Assembly: GCA_037134915.1 (NCBI GenBank)
Contig: JBAXLJ010000002.1
Location: 64,935-128,934 of the forward strand
Direction: 5' to 3'
DNA length: 64,000 nt
Source: Candidatus Falkowbacteria bacterium
GTDB lineage: Bacteria > Patescibacteriota > Patescibacteriia > Patescibacteriales > UBA12465
The position numbers and the translations under genes were made by a program. Below the pieces are notes generated by a model. That model was not told where the DNA came from. It saw nothing but the letters and a program-made list of their open reading frames with translations, and made no database searches. Below, piece by piece: positions 36,806 through 45,973 of the stretch (its first letter is position 1; every line of letters starts with the position of its first letter).

Positions 36806-38020
36806 ATGATTATTGGCATTGACGCTTCGCGAGCTAATCGAAAAAATAAAACTGGTACCGAATGGTATTCTTTTTATTTAATTAAAAGCTTGGCTAAAAT
36901 AGATTTTAATAATAAATATATTTTATATTTGGATAAGCTGCCTTCGCCGGAGCTTATTAAGGTGATTAAAAATAACCAGAACTTTTCCTATAAAATTTTA
37001 AATTGGCCCATCACTTCTTTTTGGACTTTGGGCCGTTTGTCTCTAGAAATGCTCGTTAAGGCTCCGGATGTTTTATTTGTGCCCGCACACGGCATTCCGT
37101 TAATTCATCCAAAGCGTACCATCAACACCATTCACGATGTGGCTTTTATGAGCGAGCGCAATGTTTATCGTTTAGAAGCGCCTAAAGCTAAAACTAAATT
37201 ACGCCGACAAATTTTAAAGGCGATTATTCGCCTCGTTACTTTTGGTCGTTACGAAGGTAATTCTTTAGACTATCTTTATTGGTCAACTTTGTTTGCTTTG
37301 CGCCACGCTTCTAATATTATTACGGTTTCTAATTTTACCAAAGAAGAGATTTTAAGATATTACCCAAAAGTTAAAAGCGATAAGATTACGGTTATTCATA
37401 ACGGTTTTCCCACAGAAATATTTAATGAAATTATTGATAAACCAAAAATCTTAGAAACTTTAAATAAGTATAATTTAACCAGCCCTTATTATCTTTATGT
37501 GGGGCGTCTGGAGCGTAAAAAAAATACTTCGTATTTAATTGAGGCTTTGTCTATTTTACGCAGTGATCACCAAGAAATTAAAGAAAAATTAGTTTTAATC
37601 GGTAACGCTAGTTATGGTTATGACGAGGTTAAATATGCTATTGAAGAGTTCGATTTAAGTCATGAAGTTCTAATGCCAGGCTGGGTGGAGGAAAATGACT
37701 TACCTAATATTTTTAAAGGGGCTTCGGCTTTTATCTTTCCGACTCGTCATGAGGGCTTTGGTATTCCCGTTTTGCAAGCTTTAGCCTGCGGCGTACCGAC
37801 AGCGGTTTCAGATTTACCGGTTTTGCATGAGGTGGCTGAAGATTCCGTTTTATATTTTGATCAAAACAATAAACAGGCGATTGCTCAGGCGATGGCTAAA
37901 ATAGTTTCAGACAAAGATCTGCGACATAAACTCATAACCGCTGGACGCGAGCAAGTTAAAAAGTTCAGTTGGCTAAATTGTGCTAAAGAGACTTTAGCGG
38001 TAATGGAAAAGCGCTTCTAA
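36806..38020 (+). CDS. glycosyltransferase family 1 (GT4-like)
   Basis: MIIGIDASRA..., YLYVGRLERKKN, FIFPTRHEGFGIPVLQALACGVP. Confidence 0.85.
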   Translation: MIIGIDASRANRKNKTGTEWYSFYLIKSLAKIDFNNKYILYLDKLPSPELIKVIKNNQNFSYKILNWPITSFWTLGRLSLEMLVKAPDVLFVPAHGIPLIHPKRTINTIHDVAFMSERNVYRLEAPKAKTKLRRQILKAIIRLVTFGRYEGNSLDYLYWSTLFALRHASNIITVSNFTKEEILRYYPKVKSDKITVIHNGFPTEIFNEIIDKPKILETLNKYNLTSPYYLYVGRLERKKNTSYLIEALSILRSDHQEIKEKLVLIGNASYGYDEVKYAIEEFDLSHEVLMPGWVEENDLPNIFKGASAFIFPTRHEGFGIPVLQALACGVPTAVSDLPVLHEVAEDSVLYFDQNNKQAIAQAMAKIVSDKDLRHKLITAGREQVKKFSWLNCAKETLAVMEKRF

Positions 38021-38041
38021 ATATGTTATGATATTGATGTT

Positions 38042-40072
38042 ATGAGAAAATTGCTAACATCTTTTTTGATAGTTCTGTTTTTGTTTTTTCTGGTCCTTCC
38101 AGTTGAAGCAGGCATTACACCTAATGATCCTTATTATTCAAGGCAGTGGTATCTGCCTAGAATCGAGGCTGATTCAGCGTGGACTAAAGTTAAAGAAACC
38201 CCAGATATTACAGTCGCTGTCATTGACTCGGGAGTAGATATCAACAATCCTGATCTTAAAAATAATATCTGGATTAATCCCAAAGAAATTGCCGGCAACG
38301 GTTTAGATGACGATCATAATGGTTTTATCGATGATGTAAACGGTTGGGATTTTGTGAATAATGTGCCCGATCCGTCACCTAAATTTGATGACGGCTGGAC
38401 TGAAGCGGGTATTTCTCACGGCACAATGGTGGCCGGGATTATTGGCGCCGAAGGTAATAATGGTATTGGTGTTACCGGGGTTACTTGGAAGGCCAAAATT
38501 ATGCCCCTTCGGGTTTTAAATGATAAGGGTGAAGGAAAAATTAGCGCCGTAGTTCGAGCGATTGACTACGCTGTCGCTAATGGAGCTGATGTTATTAATT
38601 TAAGTTTTGTTACCTATAATTATAGTGAAGCGCTTTATGGCGCAATTTATCGAGCCTATCGCGCTGGAGTAGTAGTGGTTGCGGCGGCGGGCAATGATCA
38701 ATTAAATGTCGAGGGGCGAAATACTAGCAAATCACCAATTTATCCCGCCTGTATGGATGGGCCTAATGGTGAAAATATGGTTATCGGAGTCGCAGCTACC
38801 GATGCTTTGGATCAGAAAACTCCTTTTTCTAGCTATGGTTTTAGTTGCATTGATATTACGGCTCCAGGGATTAGTTTTTTTAATACCATTACCTACGGTG
38901 GTAATGCTCAGGCCCAGGATCCAAATTATGATGGTTATTGGTCGGGAACTAGTATGGCAGCACCAGTTGTCTCCGGTGTGGTAGCTCTAGTTGCCCAGGT
39001 TAATCCAGATTTAAGCCGATCGGAAATTATCAATTTAATTTTGGGTTCAGCTAATAATATTAGTTTGCTAAATCCGGATTATTTAGGGCAACTGGGTCAT
39101 GGCCGAGTTAACGCTAATGGTGCTGTTAATCTAGCCCGTGATAAGATGTATGATCACATCACTAGATTACTAGTCGCGCCTTCCTCAGGTTCTAATAAAA
39201 TTAAGATTACCAGTGTTAGCGGGGCTACGGTGAGTGAATTTTCAGTGCCTGATTTTAAAACTGGTTTTAATGTCGCCAGCGGTGATGTAAATGGCGATGG
39301 GGAAAGTGAAATTATTTTAGCGGCCGAAAAAGGCAGTCAACCTTGGGTGCGCATTTATGATAAAAAAGGAAAACTACTTAAACAATTTTTAGCCTACGAT
39401 AAAAATTTTAAAGGGGGTGTTAGATTAGCGGTTGGTGATTTTTCTAATCACGGCGTGGCTGATATTATTGTGGCCCCCGGTCCAGGCGGTGGACCTCATG
39501 TTAGGGTTTGGAGCGGCGACGGAAAACTGCTGCGACAATTTTTCGCTGATGATGCTAAAACTCGAGGCGGCTTAACGGTTGCGATTGGCGACTTGGATAA
39601 TAACGGTCAAAATGAATTAGTGATTGGGGCCGGCGTCGGTCGCCAGCCATTTGTTAAGATATATAGTAATCAACTTAAATTACAAGGATCATTTTTAGCT
39701 TTTCCTAAAGATTATTTAGGTGGTGTTAATTTGGCGGTCGCTAGTATGTATGGACGACTAGATCATCATAAACAAAGCATTGTGGTGGCTCCGGCGGGAA
39801 AATATCGCCCCTTGGTTAAGGTTTATAATAATTCTGGGGTTCTTAAAAAACAATTTTTAGCTTATGGCGAAAATTGGCAGGGCGGAATTAATATTGCCGC
39901 GGGCGACATCAGTAATGATGGTAAGGCGGAAATTATTACGGGTGCCAAAAGTGGCGCGACACCGCATGTTCGTGTTTTTGACGGGGAAGGCGGGCTAATT
40001 GATTCTTTTTACGCTTATGAGGATACTTTTTCTGGCGGCGTCAGTGTTGGCTTACTCAAATTTAATAATTAG
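38042..40072 (+). CDS. secreted S8 subtilisin-like serine protease fused to an FG-GAP/VCBS repeat beta-propeller
   Basis: Signal peptide. Catalytic D (VAVIDSGVD), H (HGTMVAGII) and S (GTSMAAPVVSG). The C-terminus has 5-6 repeats such as GDVNGDGESEII, GDFSNHGVADII, GDLDNNGQNELV and GDISNDGKAEII. Confidence 0.85.
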   Translation: MRKLLTSFLIVLFLFFLVLPVEAGITPNDPYYSRQWYLPRIEADSAWTKVKETPDITVAVIDSGVDINNPDLKNNIWINPKEIAGNGLDDDHNGFIDDVNGWDFVNNVPDPSPKFDDGWTEAGISHGTMVAGIIGAEGNNGIGVTGVTWKAKIMPLRVLNDKGEGKISAVVRAIDYAVANGADVINLSFVTYNYSEALYGAIYRAYRAGVVVVAAAGNDQLNVEGRNTSKSPIYPACMDGPNGENMVIGVAATDALDQKTPFSSYGFSCIDITAPGISFFNTITYGGNAQAQDPNYDGYWSGTSMAAPVVSGVVALVAQVNPDLSRSEIINLILGSANNISLLNPDYLGQLGHGRVNANGAVNLARDKMYDHITRLLVAPSSGSNKIKITSVSGATVSEFSVPDFKTGFNVASGDVNGDGESEIILAAEKGSQPWVRIYDKKGKLLKQFLAYDKNFKGGVRLAVGDFSNHGVADIIVAPGPGGGPHVRVWSGDGKLLRQFFADDAKTRGGLTVAIGDLDNNGQNELVIGAGVGRQPFVKIYSNQLKLQGSFLAFPKDYLGGVNLAVASMYGRLDHHKQSIVVAPAGKYRPLVKVYNNSGVLKKQFLAYGENWQGGINIAAGDISNDGKAEIITGAKSGATPHVRVFDGEGGLIDSFYAYEDTFSGGVSVGLLKFNN

Positions 40073-40086
40073 TTAATTTTAATAAT

Positions 40087-41109
40087 ATGGCTAAAAAAGT
40101 AATTTTTGATAAAAAAAATGTCTTAGTCGCCGGTGGGGCGGGTTTTATCGGTTCGCATCTCTGCGATGAGCTGGTTAAAACTTGCAAAGTTATCTGCGTG
40201 GATAACTTTATTAGCGGTTCTGAAAATAATATTGACCACTTGCTCTCTAATCCAGATTTTGCTTTTATCAATCATGACTTATCGCTTCCTTTGGATTTAA
40301 ATGATATTCCTGACCTGGCTAAGTTTAAAGTTCAATTTCAGGGAGTTCAAGAAATTTATAATTTAGCTTGTCCGATGTCGCCACGAAATTTTTTAGATAA
40401 TCGAGCGGCTATTTTAGATGCTAATTCTTTGGTGACTCGTAATCTTCTAGATATCGCTGTTAAAAATGAAGCTAAATTTTTACATTTTTCTTCGTCGGTG
40501 GTTTACGGTAAACGGGATTTAATTAACGCCTCTCGAAAAGTTAAAGAGAATGAGATTGGTTTAGTTGATCACTTATCTGATAGAAGTTGTTATGACGAAG
40601 GCAAGCGTTTCTCAGAGACCTTAGTTAATTGTTATCGTAATATTTATAATTTAGACACTAAGATTGTCCGCTTGTTCAGGGTTTATGGACCGCGCATGAT
40701 TTTAAATGATGATCAGGTAATTCCGGACTTAATTAGTTCCGCTTTAGATAACACCGACTTGGTTATTTTCGGTGACGAAAGTTTTGCCTCGTCTTTTTGC
40801 TATATCGATGATGTTATTGATGCTTCCTGTAAGCTGATGAATTCCGATTTAAGCGGACCGATCAACATTGGTTCGGATGTGGATATTAATTTAACTGATA
40901 TCGCTCAGATGATTATTAAAGAAACGGAATCAACTTCCAAAATATCTTATTCGGAGCGAAAATTATTTATGAGCGAATTATTATTGCCGGATATTTATCT
41001 AGCCAAAAATGATTTAGCCTGGATGCCGATTGTGACTTTAGAAAATGGCATTAAGAAAACCATTTTTTCTCTTCAGGCCAGTAAGCGCTTACAAGGCTTT
41101 AACGGTTAA
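40087..41109 (+). CDS. NAD-dependent SDR epimerase/dehydratase, UDP-glucuronate decarboxylase (UXS)-like
   Basis: VLVAGGAGFIGSHLCDEL, and SCYDEGKRFSETL, which resembles the UXS YDEGKR catalytic block. Confidence 0.75.
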   Translation: MAKKVIFDKKNVLVAGGAGFIGSHLCDELVKTCKVICVDNFISGSENNIDHLLSNPDFAFINHDLSLPLDLNDIPDLAKFKVQFQGVQEIYNLACPMSPRNFLDNRAAILDANSLVTRNLLDIAVKNEAKFLHFSSSVVYGKRDLINASRKVKENEIGLVDHLSDRSCYDEGKRFSETLVNCYRNIYNLDTKIVRLFRVYGPRMILNDDQVIPDLISSALDNTDLVIFGDESFASSFCYIDDVIDASCKLMNSDLSGPINIGSDVDINLTDIAQMIIKETESTSKISYSERKLFMSELLLPDIYLAKNDLAWMPIVTLENGIKKTIFSLQASKRLQGFNG

Positions 41110-41127
41110 TTTAAAATTGATTTCTTT

Positions 41128-41161
41128 TAAAAAATCCCACTTCTTAGAGTGGGATTTTTTA
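41128..41161. terminator. bidirectional rho-independent terminator between convergent operons
   Basis: atcccact / agtgggat 8-bp stem (41134-41155), A-run upstream, T-run downstream. Confidence 0.85.
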
Positions 41162-42241
41162 TAACTGAGCTAATATTTTTTGGGTGTAGTTTTCATTAAT
41201 TGGCAGCGGTGGACTAGACACTCCTTTTGCAATAAATTCCGTAATCGCCATAATCAAGCTATCGAGATTGTCTGGCTCAAATAAGAGCCCGCCAAAGCGC
41301 TCAATTAGTTCTGGAATGCCACCCAAGTTAGCCGCGATCACCGGTGTTTTAACGGCCGCCGCTTCATAGATAACGGTGGGCGAGTTTTCGTAGCAGCGGG
41401 AGGGAATAATAAGCGCTAAACTATCACTAAGCAACTGACTAACGTTTTCAGGATTTTTTCGGCCGAGTAATTTTAGATTACTGGTTTCGGTGATATCTTT
41501 AAGTGAGCCATCACCGACGACTAAGAAATTATAATCCGTAAATCTAGCGGCCGCGGCCGCAAATAAATCTAGGCCCTTGTGATATTCTAATTGGCCGACG
41601 AAGATAAAGCTTTTTGAACGGGCAGCAGCTGGTTTACCATCGGAAAACGGGTTGGCAATCACTAACTTTTTATTTTTTTTAAATAGGCCGCAAGACAAAT
41701 GCAAGTTAAGCAGCCATTTAGAAGGTGAGACTATAATAACCTGAGATGAAAACATAACGGCGGTGACTCTTTGATAAATTTTAGCCATTACCGATTTAAG
41801 TATTTTTTCTTGACCGAAATACATTAAGCCGGAAGGGTGAAGTAATTGGATGTCGTGTAAAACTTGAATGTGGCGCGCTGATGATTTTTTAATCGCTAAG
41901 GGAATTAGCAGACCTAGTCCCATTAAATTGTGGGAGATGATAAGTTCCGGTTGCTCTTTTTTTAAGATATTTGAAACTTGATGATATTTTTTTAAATTTA
42001 CTAAATTACCCAGCTGCCAAAATAGTCGTTTAAGGTAAGGCCACTTAGATAAATCACTATAGCTTGATTCTAGATAATAAACTCCGGATTCTTCTAAGTC
42101 TTTCCTGGTTCTTGGTTTAGTGCTAATAATAAAAACCGTCTGCCCAGACTGGCGCAACTCAGTCGCCATTAACTCCACGATGCGTTCGGCGCCTCCGCGG
42201 TTATATGGTTTGTAGAGATTATTTATTAATCCGATTTTCAT
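41159..42241 (-). CDS. glycosyltransferase family 1
   Basis: MKIGLINNLYKPYNRGGAERIV, FIFVGQLEYHKG, IIPSRCYENSPTVIYEAAAVKTPVIA. Confidence 0.85.
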   Translation of the reverse strand: MKIGLINNLYKPYNRGGAERIVELMATELRQSGQTVFIISTKPRTRKDLEESGVYYLESSYSDLSKWPYLKRLFWQLGNLVNLKKYHQVSNILKKEQPELIISHNLMGLGLLIPLAIKKSSARHIQVLHDIQLLHPSGLMYFGQEKILKSVMAKIYQRVTAVMFSSQVIIVSPSKWLLNLHLSCGLFKKNKKLVIANPFSDGKPAAARSKSFIFVGQLEYHKGLDLFAAAAARFTDYNFLVVGDGSLKDITETSNLKLLGRKNPENVSQLLSDSLALIIPSRCYENSPTVIYEAAAVKTPVIAANLGGIPELIERFGGLLFEPDNLDSLIMAITEFIAKGVSSPPLPINENYTQKILAQL

Positions 42242-43398
42242 ATAAAAATCTTCCTTAATTTATCTTCAACCTGATTCCAAGAGTAAGTCGCAGTGGCATA
42301 AGTCCGGGCATTTTTACCCATAACCAGCCTTTCATTTTCATTATTGATTAAGGTATCAATTTTTTTTGACAAATCTTGGGCGTCACCGGTCTTAGCTAAT
42401 AAGCCATCTACCCGGTCCCTAAAAACCCGACGGACACCAGGTAAGTCCGAGGCAATAACCGGCAGACCGCAGGCCATAGCTTCAGTTAAGACGATGCCGA
42501 AAGCTTCATGGCGATTAATTGAAGGCAAGATGAAGATATCTGAATCTTGATAAGTTTTAATTAGCTCTGAGTCACTCAAGCGGCCTAAAAATTTTATTTT
42601 CTTGATTAATCCTAAATTTTCCGCCTGTCTCTGATAATCAGATTTTAAATTGCCGGAGCCAACAATATTTAGTTGCCAGTGTTTATTTTCTAATTTAGTT
42701 AGCGCTTCAAACAAAACCGATAAGCCTTTAAAATAATGGGCACTATCTAAGCCGCCGACAAATAATAGATTGACCAGGCCGCGCTTAATGAAATTTTTGG
42801 TTACAAAGTTTACAATCTCTTTGGTTTTGGCAATTAAGCCGTGATTATTTTCTGGTAATTTAGGACTAAATAAATTAGTGTCCAAGCCAAAAGGAATTTC
42901 TTGAAATTTGTCTGGGTATTTTTTGTAAAATTCTGAGATCTGACTATTTCGAATATAATCTAGGCTGCCAGATATAATCGTGCTAGCCCGTTTGAATAAG
43001 CGGTCACGGATTAAGCGACTAGGCCAGGCTAGTGGTTTTAAATACCAAGCTAAGTTTTGTGTATCCATGTGATAATGGATAACTAGCTTAGTCTTTTTAT
43101 TAAACAGCAAATAAAGCCAAATTATTTCTGTGGCCCCAAAAAATGGGTAGTGCAAGTATAAACAATCAAATTCTTTTAAAGAGTTAAGTAAAGAAAAGGG
43201 TAGTCCGCCGTGTCCATATCTAATTAGGGGCTTTAAATATTTAACAGGATCACTGCTAATAGCGGTTTCAGTTTGCGGCGCCAAGGTAAAAGTGACCACT
43301 TGGTGGTCAGAACTTAAGATTTCGCCATAACGTTTGGCGCTTTGGCCGATGCCGCCGACGTAGGGCGGAAAGGCGCACACTATTTGAGCTATTTTCAT
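42238..43398 (-). CDS. glycosyltransferase family 1
   Basis: MKIAQIVCAFPPYVGGIG, LLFVGGLD, FILPSINRHEAFGIVLTEAMACGLPVIA. 4-nt overlap with the downstream GT1. Confidence 0.85.
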   Translation of the reverse strand: MKIAQIVCAFPPYVGGIGQSAKRYGEILSSDHQVVTFTLAPQTETAISSDPVKYLKPLIRYGHGGLPFSLLNSLKEFDCLYLHYPFFGATEIIWLYLLFNKKTKLVIHYHMDTQNLAWYLKPLAWPSRLIRDRLFKRASTIISGSLDYIRNSQISEFYKKYPDKFQEIPFGLDTNLFSPKLPENNHGLIAKTKEIVNFVTKNFIKRGLVNLLFVGGLDSAHYFKGLSVLFEALTKLENKHWQLNIVGSGNLKSDYQRQAENLGLIKKIKFLGRLSDSELIKTYQDSDIFILPSINRHEAFGIVLTEAMACGLPVIASDLPGVRRVFRDRVDGLLAKTGDAQDLSKKIDTLINNENERLVMGKNARTYATATYSWNQVEDKLRKIFI

Positions 43399-43401
43399 AA
43401 A

Positions 43402-43731
43402 TTATTTTTTGAGCAAGGTTATTTCCCGTGTCAGGTCGGTTAGGTCGCGATCCAATTTAGCTAAGCGCAAACGAAGCTTAAAAATAAAATAAAATAGAAT
43501 TAAAATAGCGCCGTAGAAAAGTAAATTAATACCACTAGCCGAGAAGCCAAGGGCAGCGGCTAAATGATCTAATTCTTTTAAAAATAAAATAGCTATGGCA
43601 GAGGCTATCCAGAAACTTAGCCATAGGATAAATTCGTTACCACCTACTTGTTTTTTATTCTTTTGCTTAAACAGGCGATAAACAAAAAAAGCGATAATAA
43701 TTAAAGCTAAAAATTGTTGCAGACTGATCAT
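43402..43731 (-). CDS. DUF2304-family small membrane protein (usual partner of polyprenol-phosphate GT2 enzymes)
   Basis: 109 aa, hydrophobic helices plus a C-terminal amphipathic LRLRLAKLDRDLTDLTREITLLKK. Matches my recollection of the DUF2304 pattern and its context next to GT2. Confidence 0.65.
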   Translation of the reverse strand: MISLQQFLALIIIAFFVYRLFKQKNKKQVGGNEFILWLSFWIASAIAILFLKELDHLAAALGFSASGINLLFYGAILILFYFIFKLRLRLAKLDRDLTDLTREITLLKK

Positions 43732-43732
43732 G

Positions 43733-44389
43733 TTATTTGATGAAATTATGAATAATTAAGTCTTTTATAATTTTGAAGCCGCCGCCAAAGCTTTGGCCAA
43801 ATTCATGGTAGGTGACTGTAATCGGAACTTCGACGATTCGGGCACCACTCTTAAAAGTTTTGTACAGGATTTCACTGCAATGGGCCATGCCGCGGTTTTC
43901 AATTTTAATTTGGCTCAGAGTTTGGCGATTTAGCGCCCTAAAACCACTTTGTGGATCACTTAAGGTGATGCCGAAGAAACGATTAATTAGTCTCGCTAGG
44001 GGCATGATAACCACTCTTTTGATGTAAGGGAAATTAGCGCTACCTAAAAAGCGTGAGCCAAAAACAGCGTCCGCTTTATTTTCTATAATTGGCTTAATTA
44101 AATCTTTAATTTCTTCAGCTTTAAATTGGTCGTCAGCGTCAAAGTGGACCACAATATCAGCATCATGATTTAAAGCATATTCATCGCCGGTTTGAAGGGC
44201 GGCCCCTTGGCCGCGATTAATTGGATGGCGCAGGACAATAGCTGTGGTTGTTTTAGCTAACTCGTAGGTATTATCGCTAGAACAATCATCAACAATAATT
44301 ACCTCATCAACTAGTGGGCTAACTTTAGCGACCACTTTGATAATATTCTGACTTTCATTGTAGGCTGGAATAACACAACTGATTTTCAT
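43733..44389 (-). CDS. glycosyltransferase family 2 (Dpm1/GtrB-like polyprenol-phosphate glycosyltransferase)
   Basis: ISCVIPAYNESQNI, IIVDDCSSDNT, HFDADDQ, and no TM tail. Confidence 0.85.
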   Translation of the reverse strand: MKISCVIPAYNESQNIIKVVAKVSPLVDEVIIVDDCSSDNTYELAKTTTAIVLRHPINRGQGAALQTGDEYALNHDADIVVHFDADDQFKAEEIKDLIKPIIENKADAVFGSRFLGSANFPYIKRVVIMPLARLINRFFGITLSDPQSGFRALNRQTLSQIKIENRGMAHCSEILYKTFKSGARIVEVPITVTYHEFGQSFGGGFKIIKDLIIHNFIK

Positions 44390-45480
44390 AATTTTTTAAT
44401 TGAGGATAAGCGGTGTTTAGTAATAAATTTACTAATTGATATTAAGCCGTTAGCCGCCTTTTGTAAAATATCGGAAGCCAGGGTAGAGATTACGGCAACT
44501 TCTTGGTTATTTAGCTTAATTAGACTAAAGGTGGCAATTAGCCCTTTGGTTCCTAAATGATGACATTTAGAGCAGCCCTGACTAGTAAAGAAAAATTTGG
44601 GTTTATATTTTTTTTCAAAAGGCCAATATTTGGTAATTAGTTCTTCGGATTCAGAAATGGCATAAGCCTTTAAGCATTTGGGGCAATTTTTTTTGATTAG
44701 TTTTTGAAAAATGACTAAGGTTTCTAAATCATCTTTTTGACTAAGGCTTTGAATCTTTTCACTGAGAGTGGTGACATTATCACTTTTAATTCCCACTAGG
44801 ACTAAGCGTCCGGCTCGAGCCGCAATCACAGCCTCGCTTAGCAATTTATCGTCAGCATCGTCAATCATAATGACTTCGCTGTTGTTTTTAATTATTTCCG
44901 ATAAATCATTGAGGCGTTTTTGTCCTTGGCTAAGGATTCGGCTGACCTCATCAAGCTCTAGTTCAGAGTATCTCTCCAAGGCATAACAAGTTCTTTTTTC
45001 TTTATTTATTTTTTGGAGTAGGGCATAGAGAGTAGTCGTCTTGCCCTGATTATCATCCGCCCCGACTATAATAAGGCCTCTTCTTTTGTTTAAGATTTTC
45101 TCGATTAACTGCCTTTCGCTTCGACCTAGACCTAAACGGGGTAAAGTGAGTAATTTTTTGTCTTTATTATTTATTTTGATGATTATTTTTTCACCGTCAT
45201 TTTCGGGAATAATTGATAAATGAAAGGCGGCTTCGGCGGTTTTTAAATAGGCATTGCTGATTAAATCGCTAGAAGCTAGAGCGGTTAGTTCACGAAAAGC
45301 GAGGCCCAAATCTTTTTCTAGATGAATTGGAATCTTGAGTTCATGAGATTTTAATCCGTTATTGGCTAGTAAAATATGATGACCAGCTGATTTAGTGATA
45401 GCCAAATCAAAGATTTCGTGTTCACGGGCATAATCTAGGATTTTTTTGATAATTTTAGATTTCATATCTTTATTATACAT
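44386..45480 (-). CDS. PilB/GspE-like secretion-ATPase homologue with degenerate catalytic motifs
   Basis: GKTTTLYALL, GEKIIIKI and the CPKC...CSKC module are retained. Walker A is GADDNQGKT, the His box is AGRLVLVGIKSD. The likely true start is ATG 45465, because TATAAT at 45477-45472 lies 6 nt upstream of it. Confidence 0.7.
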   Translation of the reverse strand: MYNKDMKSKIIKKILDYAREHEIFDLAITKSAGHHILLANNGLKSHELKIPIHLEKDLGLAFRELTALASSDLISNAYLKTAEAAFHLSIIPENDGEKIIIKINNKDKKLLTLPRLGLGRSERQLIEKILNKRRGLIIVGADDNQGKTTTLYALLQKINKEKRTCYALERYSELELDEVSRILSQGQKRLNDLSEIIKNNSEVIMIDDADDKLLSEAVIAARAGRLVLVGIKSDNVTTLSEKIQSLSQKDDLETLVIFQKLIKKNCPKCLKAYAISESEELITKYWPFEKKYKPKFFFTSQGCSKCHHLGTKGLIATFSLIKLNNQEVAVISTLASDILQKAANGLISISKFITKHRLSSIKKL

Positions 45481-45551
45481 TATTTATATTATTTTTAAAA
45501 TGTGTTAAAATATTATGGTAAATCATATTTAATCAGATTTTTGCTAGTTTT

Positions 45552-45965
45552 ATGCTATATTCAAAATTCTACGAACGTTTTTATTCTCTGCGGCTGAAAG
45601 CGGCTAATGCTTTCGGCGATTTTTTTGGTTTTTGGCCAAATTTGGTTTATTTATCGGTTATTTTTTTATTTCAGGCGGCCTCTTGGTGGCTCTCTTATTA
45701 TATTTTTAAAAATTTAACCGGTAATTTGTTGGTACTGCATTATAATGTTGATTTTGGAATCGACTGGATTAGTGATTTAAATTCGATTTTTTATTTTCCG
45801 CTTCTGGGTTTGTTGTTTTTATTTTTGTCTTTAGTACTTATCTTTATTTTTGGTTCCGGGCGCCATTCTCGGTTTGAGTCGCACTGTTTGATGTCGGGGG
45901 CCGCCTTAGCTAATCTAGGTATGTTAGCCGCTTTAACCTTAGTTTATATAATTAACTTTAGATAG
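45552..45965 (+). CDS. hypothetical polytopic membrane protein
   Basis: 137 aa with three or four hydrophobic segments, directly upstream of mraY. Confidence 0.5.
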   Translation: MLYSKFYERFYSLRLKAANAFGDFFGFWPNLVYLSVIFLFQAASWWLSYYIFKNLTGNLLVLHYNVDFGIDWISDLNSIFYFPLLGLLFLFLSLVLIFIFGSGRHSRFESHCLMSGAALANLGMLAALTLVYIINFR

Positions 45966-45973
45966 TTTTATCT

